Positions 1-9,290 of a DNA stretch of 32,085 bases are shown one piece after another. The stretch comes from Nitrospiraceae bacterium (lineage in GTDB: Bacteria; Nitrospirota; Nitrospiria; Nitrospirales; UBA2166). Below the pieces are notes generated by a model. It was given only the letters and a program-made list of their open reading frames with translations. It had not been told where the DNA came from and did no database searches. Location: assembly GCA_002726235.1 (NCBI GenBank), contig PBSN01000008.1:290550-322634 (forward strand), in the 5' to 3' direction. A program made the translations under genes and the position numbers. Within the stretch, counting starts at the first letter, position 1; each line of letters starts with the position of its first letter.

Positions 1-265
1 TTGGGCCTTCAAGGCACAATGAGGCGGACATGATCTCTCGAAAGACGTGACGTATAGCTTCATTTGGATATGGCCCTGGGTTGTTTTTGAATAGGCGCTC
101 AAAAACCTTTGCCTCACGATTTGCGGTATGAAGATTAACGCCCTCGCCATTGGCCATTTTTATGGCACCGATGGCGATGACCGCCTTGGCGCGATCACCA
201 AGGAGTCGGAGGATCTGATCGTCAATTCGATCGATGTCTGACCTGTACGATTCAAGAGATGGCAT
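1..265 (-). CDS. pheA: Chorismate mutase/prephenate dehydratase (P-protein), N-terminal part, runs off the window edge
   Basis: Not in the ORF track. Manual translation from ATG at 265 gives MPSLESYRSDIDRIDDQILRLLGDRAKAVIAIGAIK...REAKVFERL...GPYPNEAIRHVFREIMSASLCLEGP, an AroQ-type chorismate mutase domain with the FREIMSAS..LE.P junction typical of PheA. Confidence 0.9.
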   Translation of the reverse strand, partial: MPSLESYRSDIDRIDDQILRLLGDRAKAVIAIGAIKMANGEGVNLHTANREAKVFERLFKNNPGPYPNEAIRHVFREIMSASLCLEGP

Positions 266-267
266 GG

Positions 268-289
268 GACGTAATTCAGACGTAATTCA
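268..289. repeat. Perfect 11-bp tandem duplication (GACGTAATTCA)x2 immediately upstream of the pheA start
   Basis: Seen directly: copies at 268-278 and 279-289. Confidence 0.85.
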
Positions 290-394
290 ATAGAAATTTC
301 AATAAGATACGATGGTAACGATACAAGAATCATGACGTGTTTGCAAGGGCTCGCAAAGTCTAAACTTGCTGCCAAAATGGAGAGTAAATGGCCG

Positions 395-423
395 TTGACT
401 GATGCGTAGAACTTTGATACCTT
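395..423 (+). promoter_or_regulatory. Putative sigma70 promoter for the M23 peptidase-bactofilin pair
   Basis: TTGACT (395-400), 17 bp spacer, TACCTT (418-423), with extended -10 TG at 415-416. SD AAGGAGG lies just before GTG 485. Confidence 0.55.
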
Positions 424-484
424 TCCTTCCGATAGTGCCCTCTTGTGGGCTGGATTTATAGGCTAATATTCCAAAAGGAGGGGT

Positions 485-1408
485 GTGCGCAAAAGTGATT
501 CTTATGCGGTGGTGATCTTTCATCATCATGCATCTCCGCCACGGCAGTTCTTTGTCAAGAAAAGGACCGTGAAGACTTTTGCTCTTGTCCTGCTCGCCAT
601 CTTGGGGGGGCAATGGGTTTTCTTTTCTCAGTTTCTTGATCAGCGTCAGAAACTTGATGAACTTGATCGTCTTCGCGTAGAACTTGAGGTGAGTCAAAAA
701 GAGGCGTTCGCTGCAAATTCTGCAATTGATAAACTAAGATTCCAGCTTGCGGATATGAAAAGTCTTACGACGAAGGTGAGGGAGATGCTGGGTCTCCAAC
801 AAGACTTTGATGGGGCTGTTTCTGGGCAAGGTGGGGAGGAAAATTTATCAAAACTTTCAGGTAGTGAATTCTCTGATGATCAGCAGTACGCTGGGCTTGA
901 TGTAATTCGTTCGGATATCCAGCAAGAACTTGCGTGGTTAAGAAGCGATGCCAAAGTTGAGCATCGCGATTTGCAGGCGCTTGTTGAAACGGTTGAAAAT
1001 CGGCGCGCGCGCTGGGAGGCAACTCCTGCGATCTGGCCCGTGAAGGGTTGGGTGACATCGGGTTTTGGTCCACGGATGTCTCCATTCACTGGTCGGCCTG
1101 CGAAGCATCATGGTATTGATATTCGCGCTTCGATTGGAACTCCAGTTGTCGCACCCGCAGCGGGCACCGTTGTTCGTCGTACGCATGATACTGGGTTCGG
1201 GAAAGTGCTCACGGTTAATCATGGTCATGGCGTTTCAACACGGTATGGGCACCTACACACAATGGATGCGACTGTTGGCCAAAGCATTTCGCGAGGAGAT
1301 GTTATCGGAACTGTGGGAAACACTGGACTTTCAACCGGACCACATCTCCATTATGAGGTTCATGTGAACAAAGTTCGCATTGATCCTATGAAATTTATCC
1401 TTGAATAA
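485..1408 (+). CDS. M23 family (LytM) peptidoglycan endopeptidase with N-terminal TM segment and coiled coil
   Basis: WPVKGWVTSGFG, HHGID (HxxxD), YGHL and STGPHLHYEV (HxH) motifs. GTG start with strong SD. Confidence 0.92.
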   Translation: MRKSDSYAVVIFHHHASPPRQFFVKKRTVKTFALVLLAILGGQWVFFSQFLDQRQKLDELDRLRVELEVSQKEAFAANSAIDKLRFQLADMKSLTTKVREMLGLQQDFDGAVSGQGGEENLSKLSGSEFSDDQQYAGLDVIRSDIQQELAWLRSDAKVEHRDLQALVETVENRRARWEATPAIWPVKGWVTSGFGPRMSPFTGRPAKHHGIDIRASIGTPVVAPAAGTVVRRTHDTGFGKVLTVNHGHGVSTRYGHLHTMDATVGQSISRGDVIGTVGNTGLSTGPHLHYEVHVNKVRIDPMKFILE

Positions 1409-1454
1409 TAATATGTTACGATGCAAAACCTAATTGTTCCGGAGAGATATTAAC

Positions 1455-1895
1455 ATGTGGAGCTTTGGGAAGACGTCGGAGGTAGAAGAGTTAGAAAATG
1501 CGGAGCTTCTGACGTTTGTGGGAAGGGGAGCTGAGCTTTCGGGTGATATCAAGGTCGAAGGTTCAGCGCGCGTTGATGGAATGATCGAAGGCTCCGTGCA
1601 TGTTAAAGGTACGCTGATTGTTGGAAAACACGCCGTCATTAAGGGTGATGTTACTACGAAGGCGCTACTTAGCTCTGGAAATATTAGGGGAGATGTAATT
1701 GCTCTGGAGCGTGTGAAACTTTTGTCTCCCTGTGTGTTGACAGGAAGTGTTCAGACACCGCTTTTGTCTGTTGAGGAAGGGGTTCTCATTAGCGGCACAT
1801 GTGATATGGTTTCTCCGTCCAGCGACTGCGAAGACCGGCCTATTGAGGAACTCTTACAGCAACACGAAGATTATCCCGTCGCGGCTAGTCGGTAG
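1455..1895 (+). CDS. Bactofilin (polymer-forming cytoskeletal protein, CcmA-like)
   Basis: Beta-helix pattern TFVGRGAELSGDIKVEGSARVDGMIEGSV...IKGDV...VEEGVLISG. ATG 1455 follows SD GGAGAG (ORF track starts at 1434). Confidence 0.9.
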   Translation: MWSFGKTSEVEELENAELLTFVGRGAELSGDIKVEGSARVDGMIEGSVHVKGTLIVGKHAVIKGDVTTKALLSSGNIRGDVIALERVKLLSPCVLTGSVQTPLLSVEEGVLISGTCDMVSPSSDCEDRPIEELLQQHEDYPVAASR

Positions 1896-1923
1896 TCCTA
1901 GCCAACTTTAGCTCTCCGGCTCT

Positions 1924-3084
1924 CTACATTCCTACTTCTCGTCGTAACGGTTCTACCATGTTTGTGTCTTCCCACGTGAAGCCCGGTTCATTGCGACCAA
2001 AATGTCCGTACGTAGCAGTCTGCCGATAAATTGGGCGTCGTAATTTGAGATGGTCAATCATTTTGCTTTGGGTGAGTGGGAAAACGTTTCGAATAGCCTT
2101 GATGAGCCTATCATGCGGGACCGTTTCTGTGTTGTGTGTGCTTGCAAGGACTGATACAGGTTCGACGACTCCAATTGCATATGCAACTTGAATTTCACAT
2201 CGTGACGCCAAGCCTGCAGCGACAATGTTTTTTGCGATATAGCGCGCCATATAAGATGCTGAGCGATCGACCTTAGTGGGGTCTTTCCCCGAAAATGCAC
2301 CACCTCCGTGGCTTCCGACTCCGCCATACGTATCCACAATAATTTTACGTCCGGTGAGCCCAGTATCTCCATGCGGACCTCCAATGACAAAACGTCCAGT
2401 TGGGTTGATATGGTATGTAACTGTCTTTTCGTCGAACAGTTCTGGAGGCATGGTGGGGCGAATGACATGCGCGATAATATCATCGTGAATTTGTTTATTT
2501 GTAGCCTTTTCGTCATGTTGGGTGGAGACGACAATGGTGTCAATTTTTACGGGTTTTCTCTCGCGATACTCTATCGTCACTTGGGCTTTGCCATCTGGAC
2601 GTAGGTACGGGAGAATATTTTGTTTGCGGACCTCGCTGAGCCGTCGCGTGATTCGATGCGCAAGAACAATTGGCATAGGCATGAGTTCTTTGGTCTCATT
2701 GCTTGCATAGCCAAACATTAGTCCTTGATCCCCTGCACCACCAACATCCACACCTTGGGCGATATCCGTCGATTGACTATGGATTGCAGTCAAAACAGCA
2801 CAGGTGTCGCCGTCAAAACCGAACGTTGCGTCAGTATAGCCAATGTCTTTGATCGTTGCTCGAACAATATCAGGAACTTCGACATAGCAACGCGCTCCAT
2901 TTGTTGTGGTAATTTCTCCTGCGATTAGTGCAAGTCCAGTGGTTACAAGTGTCTCACAGGCAACTCGGCAGGTAGGGTCTTGAGCAATAAACGCATCAAG
3001 AATCGCGTCTGAAATTTGATCTGATACTTTATCCGGGTGCCCTTCAGTCACAGACTCAGAGGTGAAAAGAAAAGATTGATCCAT
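1924..3084 (-). CDS. metK: S-adenosylmethionine synthetase
   Basis: [33 protein letters not shown] and [16 protein letters not shown] motifs. Confidence 0.99.
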   Translation of the reverse strand: MDQSFLFTSESVTEGHPDKVSDQISDAILDAFIAQDPTCRVACETLVTTGLALIAGEITTTNGARCYVEVPDIVRATIKDIGYTDATFGFDGDTCAVLTAIHSQSTDIAQGVDVGGAGDQGLMFGYASNETKELMPMPIVLAHRITRRLSEVRKQNILPYLRPDGKAQVTIEYRERKPVKIDTIVVSTQHDEKATNKQIHDDIIAHVIRPTMPPELFDEKTVTYHINPTGRFVIGGPHGDTGLTGRKIIVDTYGGVGSHGGGAFSGKDPTKVDRSASYMARYIAKNIVAAGLASRCEIQVAYAIGVVEPVSVLASTHNTETVPHDRLIKAIRNVFPLTQSKMIDHLKLRRPIYRQTATYGHFGRNEPGFTWEDTNMVEPLRREVGM

Positions 3085-3178
3085 GCCAATAGCTCCTTGG
3101 GTGAGAGTAGGTGATAACTGCGCAAAGTGGTATCGCAGATCAATGGGTTTCTGTCAAGGAATGTGTGGTTTTACTTGC

Positions 3179-3208
3179 TTGACACCTTTCTTTCACGTTC
3201 GGTAAGAT
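3179..3208 (+). promoter_or_regulatory. Putative sigma70 promoter of the cytochrome c maturation cluster
   Basis: TTGACA (3179-3184), 18 bp spacer, TAAGAT (3203-3208). A second TTGACA on the minus strand (3157-3152) points toward metK. Confidence 0.55.
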
Positions 3209-3287
3209 CACGAGCGTTTGTATTAGTGTTTTCTTCTATTCGCTCGCAATTTTACGCCTAATAATACATGGTTAGAGGAAGAAGGCC

Positions 3288-4733
3288 TTGGCGGATTCGC
3301 CCGCGGAAGAATCTCTGAGTAAAAAATCTGCAGAACAGAGCGGGTGGGGCCGGTTTGACTGGTCCGGACTGCCAGGCGATGTTGTGGATACGCTGAGTTC
3401 TCTCAAGCTTGCTATCTCCCTATTCATCGCTCTTGCCATCCTTTCGACGATTGGAACTGTCATTCAACAGGGTGAATCCTCTGACTTCTATATCAAAGAA
3501 TATGGGGAACCGCTCTTTCGATGGTTCCAGACGCTCGGGTTTACAGATGTCTATAACCAAGTGTGGTTTCGGGCCGTTCTTGGTCTACTCATTGTCAACT
3601 CCTTGACGTGTTTTTACAAACGATTCCCAGGAATTTGGCGGTCCATGCGCCAGAGTCAAATTACGGTCACTCCAACGTTTATTGGTGCCTTGAAGCAACA
3701 TGCGAAAATTTCCATCGGTCGTGAAGGTGGGCATGTGGCTGAGAAAATGATTGATATTTTTGGTAGCAAAGGATATCGAGTGTCTGCCACACGTATCGAC
3801 AAGGACATATCGGTTTTTGCTACAAAAGGAATCATGGGCAGGGTTGGTGCGCATGTTGCGCATGTCAGTGCCGCCGTGATTGTGCTGGGCGGACTTATCG
3901 GATCCGTCACGGGTTTTCGGGACTTTGGAGTCGGTCTTCCAGGCCAGACCTACTGGATACCTCAAGGGGAATTTAACCTGACGGTTGATAAGTTCTGGAT
4001 GGATTATTATGAGAATGGCGCTATAAAATCCTATAATAGTACATTGTCCGTGTCGGATCCGTTAGTTGATAATGGGAAAAAACAATTAACAAAAACGATC
4101 ACAGTCAATGATCCACTTGTTTATAATGGCATATGGTTCTATCAATCGTCGTATGGGGATCACTGGGATCAGATTGATAAAGCTAAGGTGTTGATTAAAG
4201 AAAAAAGTTCTGACCAAGTTGTGAGTGATGTCATGCTGGATTGGAAAGTACCCATGGAGATTCCTGACTTGGGATTAATACTCAATGTGACTGGGTTTGC
4301 TGCTGACTTTGCGTTTGATTCGGAGACGAAACAAGTATCGTCCAAGACAAGTGAACATAACAACCCAGCGGTACAACTTGCGATTACGGAAGAGAATAAG
4401 ACGGTTACGCCGTGGCTATTTGTTGACTTTCCAGGAATCATTGATATACCCGATTCAAAGTATGCATTTGAAATTACCGCCTACGGGCCGTCAAAATACA
4501 CCGGTCTTCAGATAGCGAAGAATCCTGGCATTACGATTGTCTGGACCGGGTGCTTAATGATTGTTGTCGGGATGGCGCTTTCATCATTTATTTTTCATCG
4601 GCGCCTTTGGGTGAATATTCAGTCGGAGGGAGAAGGGACCGTCCTTCATGTAGGGGGCAACACCCATAAAGGACAAATTGATTTTACGCGGGAGTTTTCA
4701 GAATTACTTGAACGGATACAGGGTATTGCATAG
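3288..4733 (+). CDS. resB: Cytochrome c biogenesis protein ResB/Ccs1 (System II)
   Basis: LSSLKLAISLF...IGTVIQQG, WF...NSLTC, conserved His in AHVAHVS, ITVNDPL.YNG..FYQSSY and C-terminal NPG..VW TM segment. TTG start with purine-rich SD. Confidence 0.93.
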   Translation: MADSPAEESLSKKSAEQSGWGRFDWSGLPGDVVDTLSSLKLAISLFIALAILSTIGTVIQQGESSDFYIKEYGEPLFRWFQTLGFTDVYNQVWFRAVLGLLIVNSLTCFYKRFPGIWRSMRQSQITVTPTFIGALKQHAKISIGREGGHVAEKMIDIFGSKGYRVSATRIDKDISVFATKGIMGRVGAHVAHVSAAVIVLGGLIGSVTGFRDFGVGLPGQTYWIPQGEFNLTVDKFWMDYYENGAIKSYNSTLSVSDPLVDNGKKQLTKTITVNDPLVYNGIWFYQSSYGDHWDQIDKAKVLIKEKSSDQVVSDVMLDWKVPMEIPDLGLILNVTGFAADFAFDSETKQVSSKTSEHNNPAVQLAITEENKTVTPWLFVDFPGIIDIPDSKYAFEITAYGPSKYTGLQIAKNPGITIVWTGCLMIVVGMALSSFIFHRRLWVNIQSEGEGTVLHVGGNTHKGQIDFTREFSELLERIQGIA

Positions 4734-4773
4734 AATGATGGCGGCGGGAGTTTCTTGAGATAGGGGAGACAGA

Positions 4774-5676
4774 ATGTTCACGGCACTATTTCTTTTTGAT
4801 TTGACCTTCTGGTTGTACCTCGCGGCTGTTGTGTTGTACATCGGATACGTTGCGGTCGGACGGACTGGGTTGCAGCTGGTTGCTGAAGGGCCTCGGCAAC
4901 TGTCGACATCGGATTGGTCTGTGCCCGTTGGTCAACTTGCGACGATGATCACTGCCGTGGGGTTATTCGTCAACACGGCGGCGCTTGCAATGCGGGCCCA
5001 CGAACGGTATTTGCTCACGGGAACTTTCGCCCCTTGGTCGAATCAATACGAGGCTATGGCATTTGTGGCATGGTCGATTATTGCAGGATACCTTCTGCTT
5101 GAGTTCAAATACGGCATCAAGGCTATTGGTGCATTTGTCGTTTCAATTGGCTTTATTGCGATGGGCGCAGCGTCTTTGCTTCCCTATCGTTACCAAACGG
5201 CAGAACCCCTTGTTCCAGCTTTGAACAGTTATTGGATTTATATTCACGTCTCGGTCACCCTCACTAGCTATGCGGCTTTCGCGATGGCAGGTGGTTTAGG
5301 AGTAATGTATCTCCTTAAGGAACGTGCTGAGCGAAAGGGATTACAGTCCTCTGTAACCGCGGCATTCCCAAATCTTGAGACGATTGATGAGCTTGGATAC
5401 AAATCGATTACGATTGGGTTCCCCTTACTAGCTTTTGGAATAATTTTGGGAGCGATGTGGGCAAATTACGCTTGGGGAGGTTATTGGAGTTGGGATCCAA
5501 AGGAGACGTGGTCTCTTATTGTGTGGCTAATCTATGGGGCCTATATTCATGCGCGTATGACGCGTGGGTGGGGAGGGCGCCGTGCGGCGATTTATGCGAT
5601 TTTTGGACTGCTGATGGTCGTCTTTTGTTTTTGGGGAGTGAACTTCCTGCTTTCTGGGCTCCATGCCTATGCCTAA
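4774..5676 (+). CDS. ccsA: Cytochrome c synthase subunit CcsA/ResC (System II, WWD domain)
   Basis: WWD motif WANYAWGGYWSWDPKETW, plus W..IHV and C-terminal SGLHAYA. Confidence 0.96.
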   Translation: MFTALFLFDLTFWLYLAAVVLYIGYVAVGRTGLQLVAEGPRQLSTSDWSVPVGQLATMITAVGLFVNTAALAMRAHERYLLTGTFAPWSNQYEAMAFVAWSIIAGYLLLEFKYGIKAIGAFVVSIGFIAMGAASLLPYRYQTAEPLVPALNSYWIYIHVSVTLTSYAAFAMAGGLGVMYLLKERAERKGLQSSVTAAFPNLETIDELGYKSITIGFPLLAFGIILGAMWANYAWGGYWSWDPKETWSLIVWLIYGAYIHARMTRGWGGRRAAIYAIFGLLMVVFCFWGVNFLLSGLHAYA

Positions 5677-6304
5677 GGTCAACGAATCAGACGTTGGATT
5701 CAATGAACCCAACGATGCCGAGGCGAGTGGCGAGGTACCGTCAGCTAGTAGTAGGGTTTCGCGTCTCCCTGTCATAATCGGGCTGATCGTTATCTGTAGC
5801 CTTGCGTTTGGACTTGTGTGGATGCAAGGTGCGAAGTATGAACCCGTAGTGGTTGGGAAGGTGGCTCCTGATTTTGAGTTAAAGAATTTGAATGGGGAGA
5901 CATGGAAACTTTCAGATCAGCAAGGACAAGTCGTGTTTCTGAATTTTTGGGCAACCTGGTGTAAACCCTGCCAAGAGGAAATGCCTTCCATGGAACGTCT
6001 CCACCAAACTTTCGAGTCTGAGTTTGCAGATGACTTTGTCATGGTAGCTGTGAGCATCGATAAGTCGGCCGATGATATTCCGGCGTTTATGGCAAAGCAC
6101 GAATTGACATTTCCTGTGCTTCATGACCGCTGGGGAAAGGTCGACCGGATTTATAAAATCATGGGAGTTCCGGAGACGTACATTATCAATCAGGCGGGTG
6201 TGTTAGTTGAGAAAGTCATTGGACCACGCGATTGGAATAAAACACAGCATATCCAAGGTATGCTGGATCTCTTGAGAAGCAATCCTGGCCAAGCCGATGC
6301 GTAA
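5663..6304 (+). CDS. TlpA/ResA-like membrane-anchored thiol-disulfide oxidoreductase (copy 1)
   Basis: APDFEL, LNFWATWCKPC and GVPETYII motifs, with a TM segment near the N-terminus. Start may be 5669. Confidence 0.92.
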   Translation: MPMPKVNESDVGFNEPNDAEASGEVPSASSRVSRLPVIIGLIVICSLAFGLVWMQGAKYEPVVVGKVAPDFELKNLNGETWKLSDQQGQVVFLNFWATWCKPCQEEMPSMERLHQTFESEFADDFVMVAVSIDKSADDIPAFMAKHELTFPVLHDRWGKVDRIYKIMGVPETYIINQAGVLVEKVIGPRDWNKTQHIQGMLDLLRSNPGQADA

Positions 6305-6313
6305 AAGAGCGAC

Positions 6314-6886
6314 ATGAGACGGATGATCGATTGGTCTCTGGTTTTCTGGGGGCTCGTGTTAGCCCTTGCAGGGATGTCGTGTGATCAGGTTTCAAGCACG
6401 CAAGTTGAGGCCAAAGAGCAACGCTCGGTTGCAGTATCAACACCGGAAAGCCCTCGCGTTGGTTTTCGTGCTCCGACATTTAGCCTGCCGGACTTGCATG
6501 GCAATGAGGTGAATTTATCAGATCTCAGAGGCAAGGTAGTTCTTGTCAATTTTTGGGCCACCTGGTGTGGACCGTGTGTCATCGAGATGCCGTCGATGGA
6601 GAAGCTCTATCGTGAATTTCACAGTGAAGGATTTGAGATTCTTGCGGTGTCCAACGACTCACAGGGGCAGCTGGTTACGAAGCCATTCAAGGAGCAATTT
6701 GGGTTGACCTTCCCTATTCTTCATGACCTTCATCATGAGGTTAATGCTGCCTACCATATTCGCTCGATTCCTGCATCAATGTTGATTGGAAAGGATGGAG
6801 TGATTACGTATCGTGTTCCTGGTGCTCGGGACTGGTATAGCGAAAAAGCTCGTGATATGATCCGTCATCTTCTAGATCTCGCCTAG
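6314..6886 (+). CDS. TlpA/ResA-like thiol-disulfide oxidoreductase (copy 2), possible lipoprotein
   Basis: APTFSL, VNFWATWCGPC and cis-Pro loop SIP. Signal-like N-terminus ending LALAGMSC. Confidence 0.92.
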   Translation: MRRMIDWSLVFWGLVLALAGMSCDQVSSTQVEAKEQRSVAVSTPESPRVGFRAPTFSLPDLHGNEVNLSDLRGKVVLVNFWATWCGPCVIEMPSMEKLYREFHSEGFEILAVSNDSQGQLVTKPFKEQFGLTFPILHDLHHEVNAAYHIRSIPASMLIGKDGVITYRVPGARDWYSEKARDMIRHLLDLA

Positions 6887-6906
6887 AGAGCGTTTCTTTT
6901 CTTCCG

Positions 6907-7668
6907 ATGTTTGAACCTCAAGTGTCTTTCACGATCGCGTTTGTCGCAGGGTTTCTCTCCTTTATCTCGCCCTGTGTGTTGCCATTAGTCCCGTCCTATT
7001 TAAGCTACATCACAGGTTTATCTCTTGACCAGCTCACCAGTGACGATGATCGCCGGAAATTACGGGGTACCATTATGACAAATTCGCTTCTTTTCATCGG
7101 CGGATTTTCATTTGTTTTCATGGCCTTTGGTGCCTCGGCAAGCTTTGCCGGTCAGCTCTTGTTTTCCTATCACGATTATCTTCAAAAAATCGGTGGAATC
7201 TTAATCATCCTGTTTGGTTTGTATGTAATGGGAGTGTTCAAGCTTAAGTTCTTGGCTGCTGAAAAGCGACTTCAGCTTCCTAGGCGGCCGGCTGGATATG
7301 TAGGATCTGTTATTATCGGGATGGTCTTTGGTGCTGCATGGACGCCGTGTGTTGGACCAATTCTCGGTGCAATCCTGGCCCTTGCAGCCACGTCTGATTC
7401 GATGATGACTGGCGTCCAACTTCTTGGAGTATATTCCTTAGGGTTAGGTATTCCGCTTTTTCTCGCGGCGTTGGGTGTGGACTCATTCTTGAATTACTTC
7501 AAAAAGGTGCGTGCCTATATGTGGGCGGTTTCAGTCACGAGTGGCGTTTTTTTGGTACTCGTAGGCGTTATGATTTACACTAATTCATTTGCACAATTCA
7601 CTCGCATACTGACCGAGTATGGTATCGGGTGGTATGTAGGACCGGATGCTGCCGCAGGGTCCTTCTGA
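6907..7668 (+). CDS. ccdA: Cytochrome c biogenesis protein CcdA (DsbD transmembrane domain)
   Basis: SFISPCVLPLVP and WTPCVGPIL motifs in a polytopic membrane protein. Confidence 0.95.
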   Translation: MFEPQVSFTIAFVAGFLSFISPCVLPLVPSYLSYITGLSLDQLTSDDDRRKLRGTIMTNSLLFIGGFSFVFMAFGASASFAGQLLFSYHDYLQKIGGILIILFGLYVMGVFKLKFLAAEKRLQLPRRPAGYVGSVIIGMVFGAAWTPCVGPILGAILALAATSDSMMTGVQLLGVYSLGLGIPLFLAALGVDSFLNYFKKVRAYMWAVSVTSGVFLVLVGVMIYTNSFAQFTRILTEYGIGWYVGPDAAAGSF

Positions 7669-7864
7669 TCCCTTATCGAACAATCGGTCATCGCTACTCG
7701 TTTTCCTTTCCCAATATCGCCCACACAGCGTTCGATGGATTGCATCGTTGCCGCACATGTGGATCGTGCTTCACTGGGACGAAACTGGGTAGCAGGAGTC
7801 TTTCCCGCAGTGGTGCAGTAGGGAGAGTATAAGTCGGTTTATGGACTAGGAGCAGAATTAACCT

Positions 7865-8755
7865 ATGGCATCCAACGATGGAGTTTCTGGTGTTACGACA
7901 CGTATCATGGGCATACTGGGATATCCCCTTGCACATTCCTTATCACCAGTCATGCACAATGCGGCCTTTTCCGCAACCGGAATCAATGCGTGCTATGCGC
8001 CTTTTGTTGTCACACCTGAGAATATAAAAATTGCAGTCAATAGTTTGGTAGCACTAGGGGTGTGTGGCGTCAATGTTACGATTCCACATAAAGAGAGAGT
8101 CGTTCCACTGCTTGACGAACTCGACAGTGATGCGGAACGTATCGGTGCGGTGAACACGATTGTGATAAAGGACTCACGCTTAATCGGCTATAACACGGAT
8201 GCGAAAGGATTCGGGAATGCTTTTGCTGAGGAAGTTGGTTATTCGCTTGAGGGGCGGCGTGTAATGCTTTTTGGCGCTGGGGGTGCCGCACGTGCTGTCC
8301 TCGCAGAACTTATCACAGAGGGGGTGCGTGACCTCGTAGTTGTCGTGCGGGAACTTGAACGTGGAACGGCAATGGTAAAAGATCTATTGGCGGACAAGCA
8401 AGATGGCAGGGTAAAGGTAGCTGTGCAGACTTTTGAGGCATTACATGCGGATATTCAACGACCGGATGTGTTGATCAATGCCACATCGGTTGGTCTTCTT
8501 CCCCAGGATCCCATATTGATACCTTCAGGATTTGTGACGTCCAAAATGGTGGTGTATGACCTTATCTACAATCCACCGACCACGCCGCTTTTGGATGAGG
8601 CAAAAAGGGTGGGTGCTATTGCGATAAATGGCTTGGGGATGCTTGTGCATCAGGGAGCCTTGGCTTTCCAGCTTTGGACAGGTGAGCGCGCCCCGAAGAA
8701 CGTAATGCGTGAATCGCTTTTGAGGGCGCTTGAGGGTATAAAACATCATCCATAG
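7865..8755 (+). CDS. aroE: Shikimate dehydrogenase
   Basis: HSLSPVMHN, NVTIPHK, GAVNT, GYNTD, GAGGAARA, NATSVG and GLGMLVHQG motifs. Confidence 0.97.
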   Translation: MASNDGVSGVTTRIMGILGYPLAHSLSPVMHNAAFSATGINACYAPFVVTPENIKIAVNSLVALGVCGVNVTIPHKERVVPLLDELDSDAERIGAVNTIVIKDSRLIGYNTDAKGFGNAFAEEVGYSLEGRRVMLFGAGGAARAVLAELITEGVRDLVVVVRELERGTAMVKDLLADKQDGRVKVAVQTFEALHADIQRPDVLINATSVGLLPQDPILIPSGFVTSKMVVYDLIYNPPTTPLLDEAKRVGAIAINGLGMLVHQGALAFQLWTGERAPKNVMRESLLRALEGIKHHP

Positions 8756-8787
8756 AAACAATCGGTGCCGAAAGTCATGCGGAGGTG

Positions 8788-9260
8788 ATGGCTTAATTGT
8801 GAAGATAACGTATTCTTGGAGCTTCTTTACACGAGAAAATAAGGAAGCCGGCGGTCCAGTACAAGTAGGTGCGGACATTGAGGTCTTTGTACGACAGTTT
8901 ATCGATGTGATCAACGCTGGTCTTTCTCTTGTCCACGCGCTGGATTTTTTTGGTTCCAACGTGAAAACAAACAACTTGCTAGATTGGCATACTCGTAGAA
9001 ACTTTGAGCATGCGTGAGTCTCGCTGAGGAGAGGGCCACCGTAGAGCCCTTGGATCAAGAAGACGTCTTCCCACCCGTTATCCACAATATGATTGCTGTT
9101 GGGGAGTCAATTGGCGCGGTGGTTACCATCCATGATGATTAAGGTTACTGAGTTCTACGATGATGAGATTTGGCCATTAATATGTTCACTGCAAGCCTCT
9201 GACCCATGCTTAGGATGGTGCTAAGGTTTCTGGAACGATCGTCATTGCCACGCATTTTGA
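8788..9260 (+). pseudogene. pilC: Degraded type IV pilus inner-membrane platform gene (PilC / T2SS-F family) relic
   Basis: Collinear PilC-like fragments across frames: DIEVFVRQFIDVINAGLSLVHALD (from 8874), EPLDQEDVFPPVIHNMIAVGESIGAV (from 9044), MMIKVTEFYDDEI (from 9132), NMFTASL*PML (from 9179), GTIVIATHF (from 9232). Contains stops, frameshifts and a large internal deletion. Boundaries are approximate. Confidence 0.82.
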
Positions 9261-9290
9261 ATTTTCTGGATGGAGGACACTATCGGGTAG

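Noticed and set aside
3085..3160. SAM riboswitch upstream of metK
   Set aside because: Only about 70 bp lie between the candidate -35 and the ATG, and no SAM-I/II core motifs or terminator hairpin are visible.
7669..7864. Hammerhead-like GGGACGAAAC and a Cys-rich ORF (7629-7832, CRTCGSC) in the ccdA-aroE spacer
   Set aside because: No CUGANGA core or supporting stems. The ORF overlaps ccdA, has no SD and resembles no family I know. The spacer remains unexplained.
8799..9017. 72-aa ORF as a genuine small protein
   Set aside because: It is the longest surviving fragment of the pilC relic, and the homology continues past its stop in other frames.
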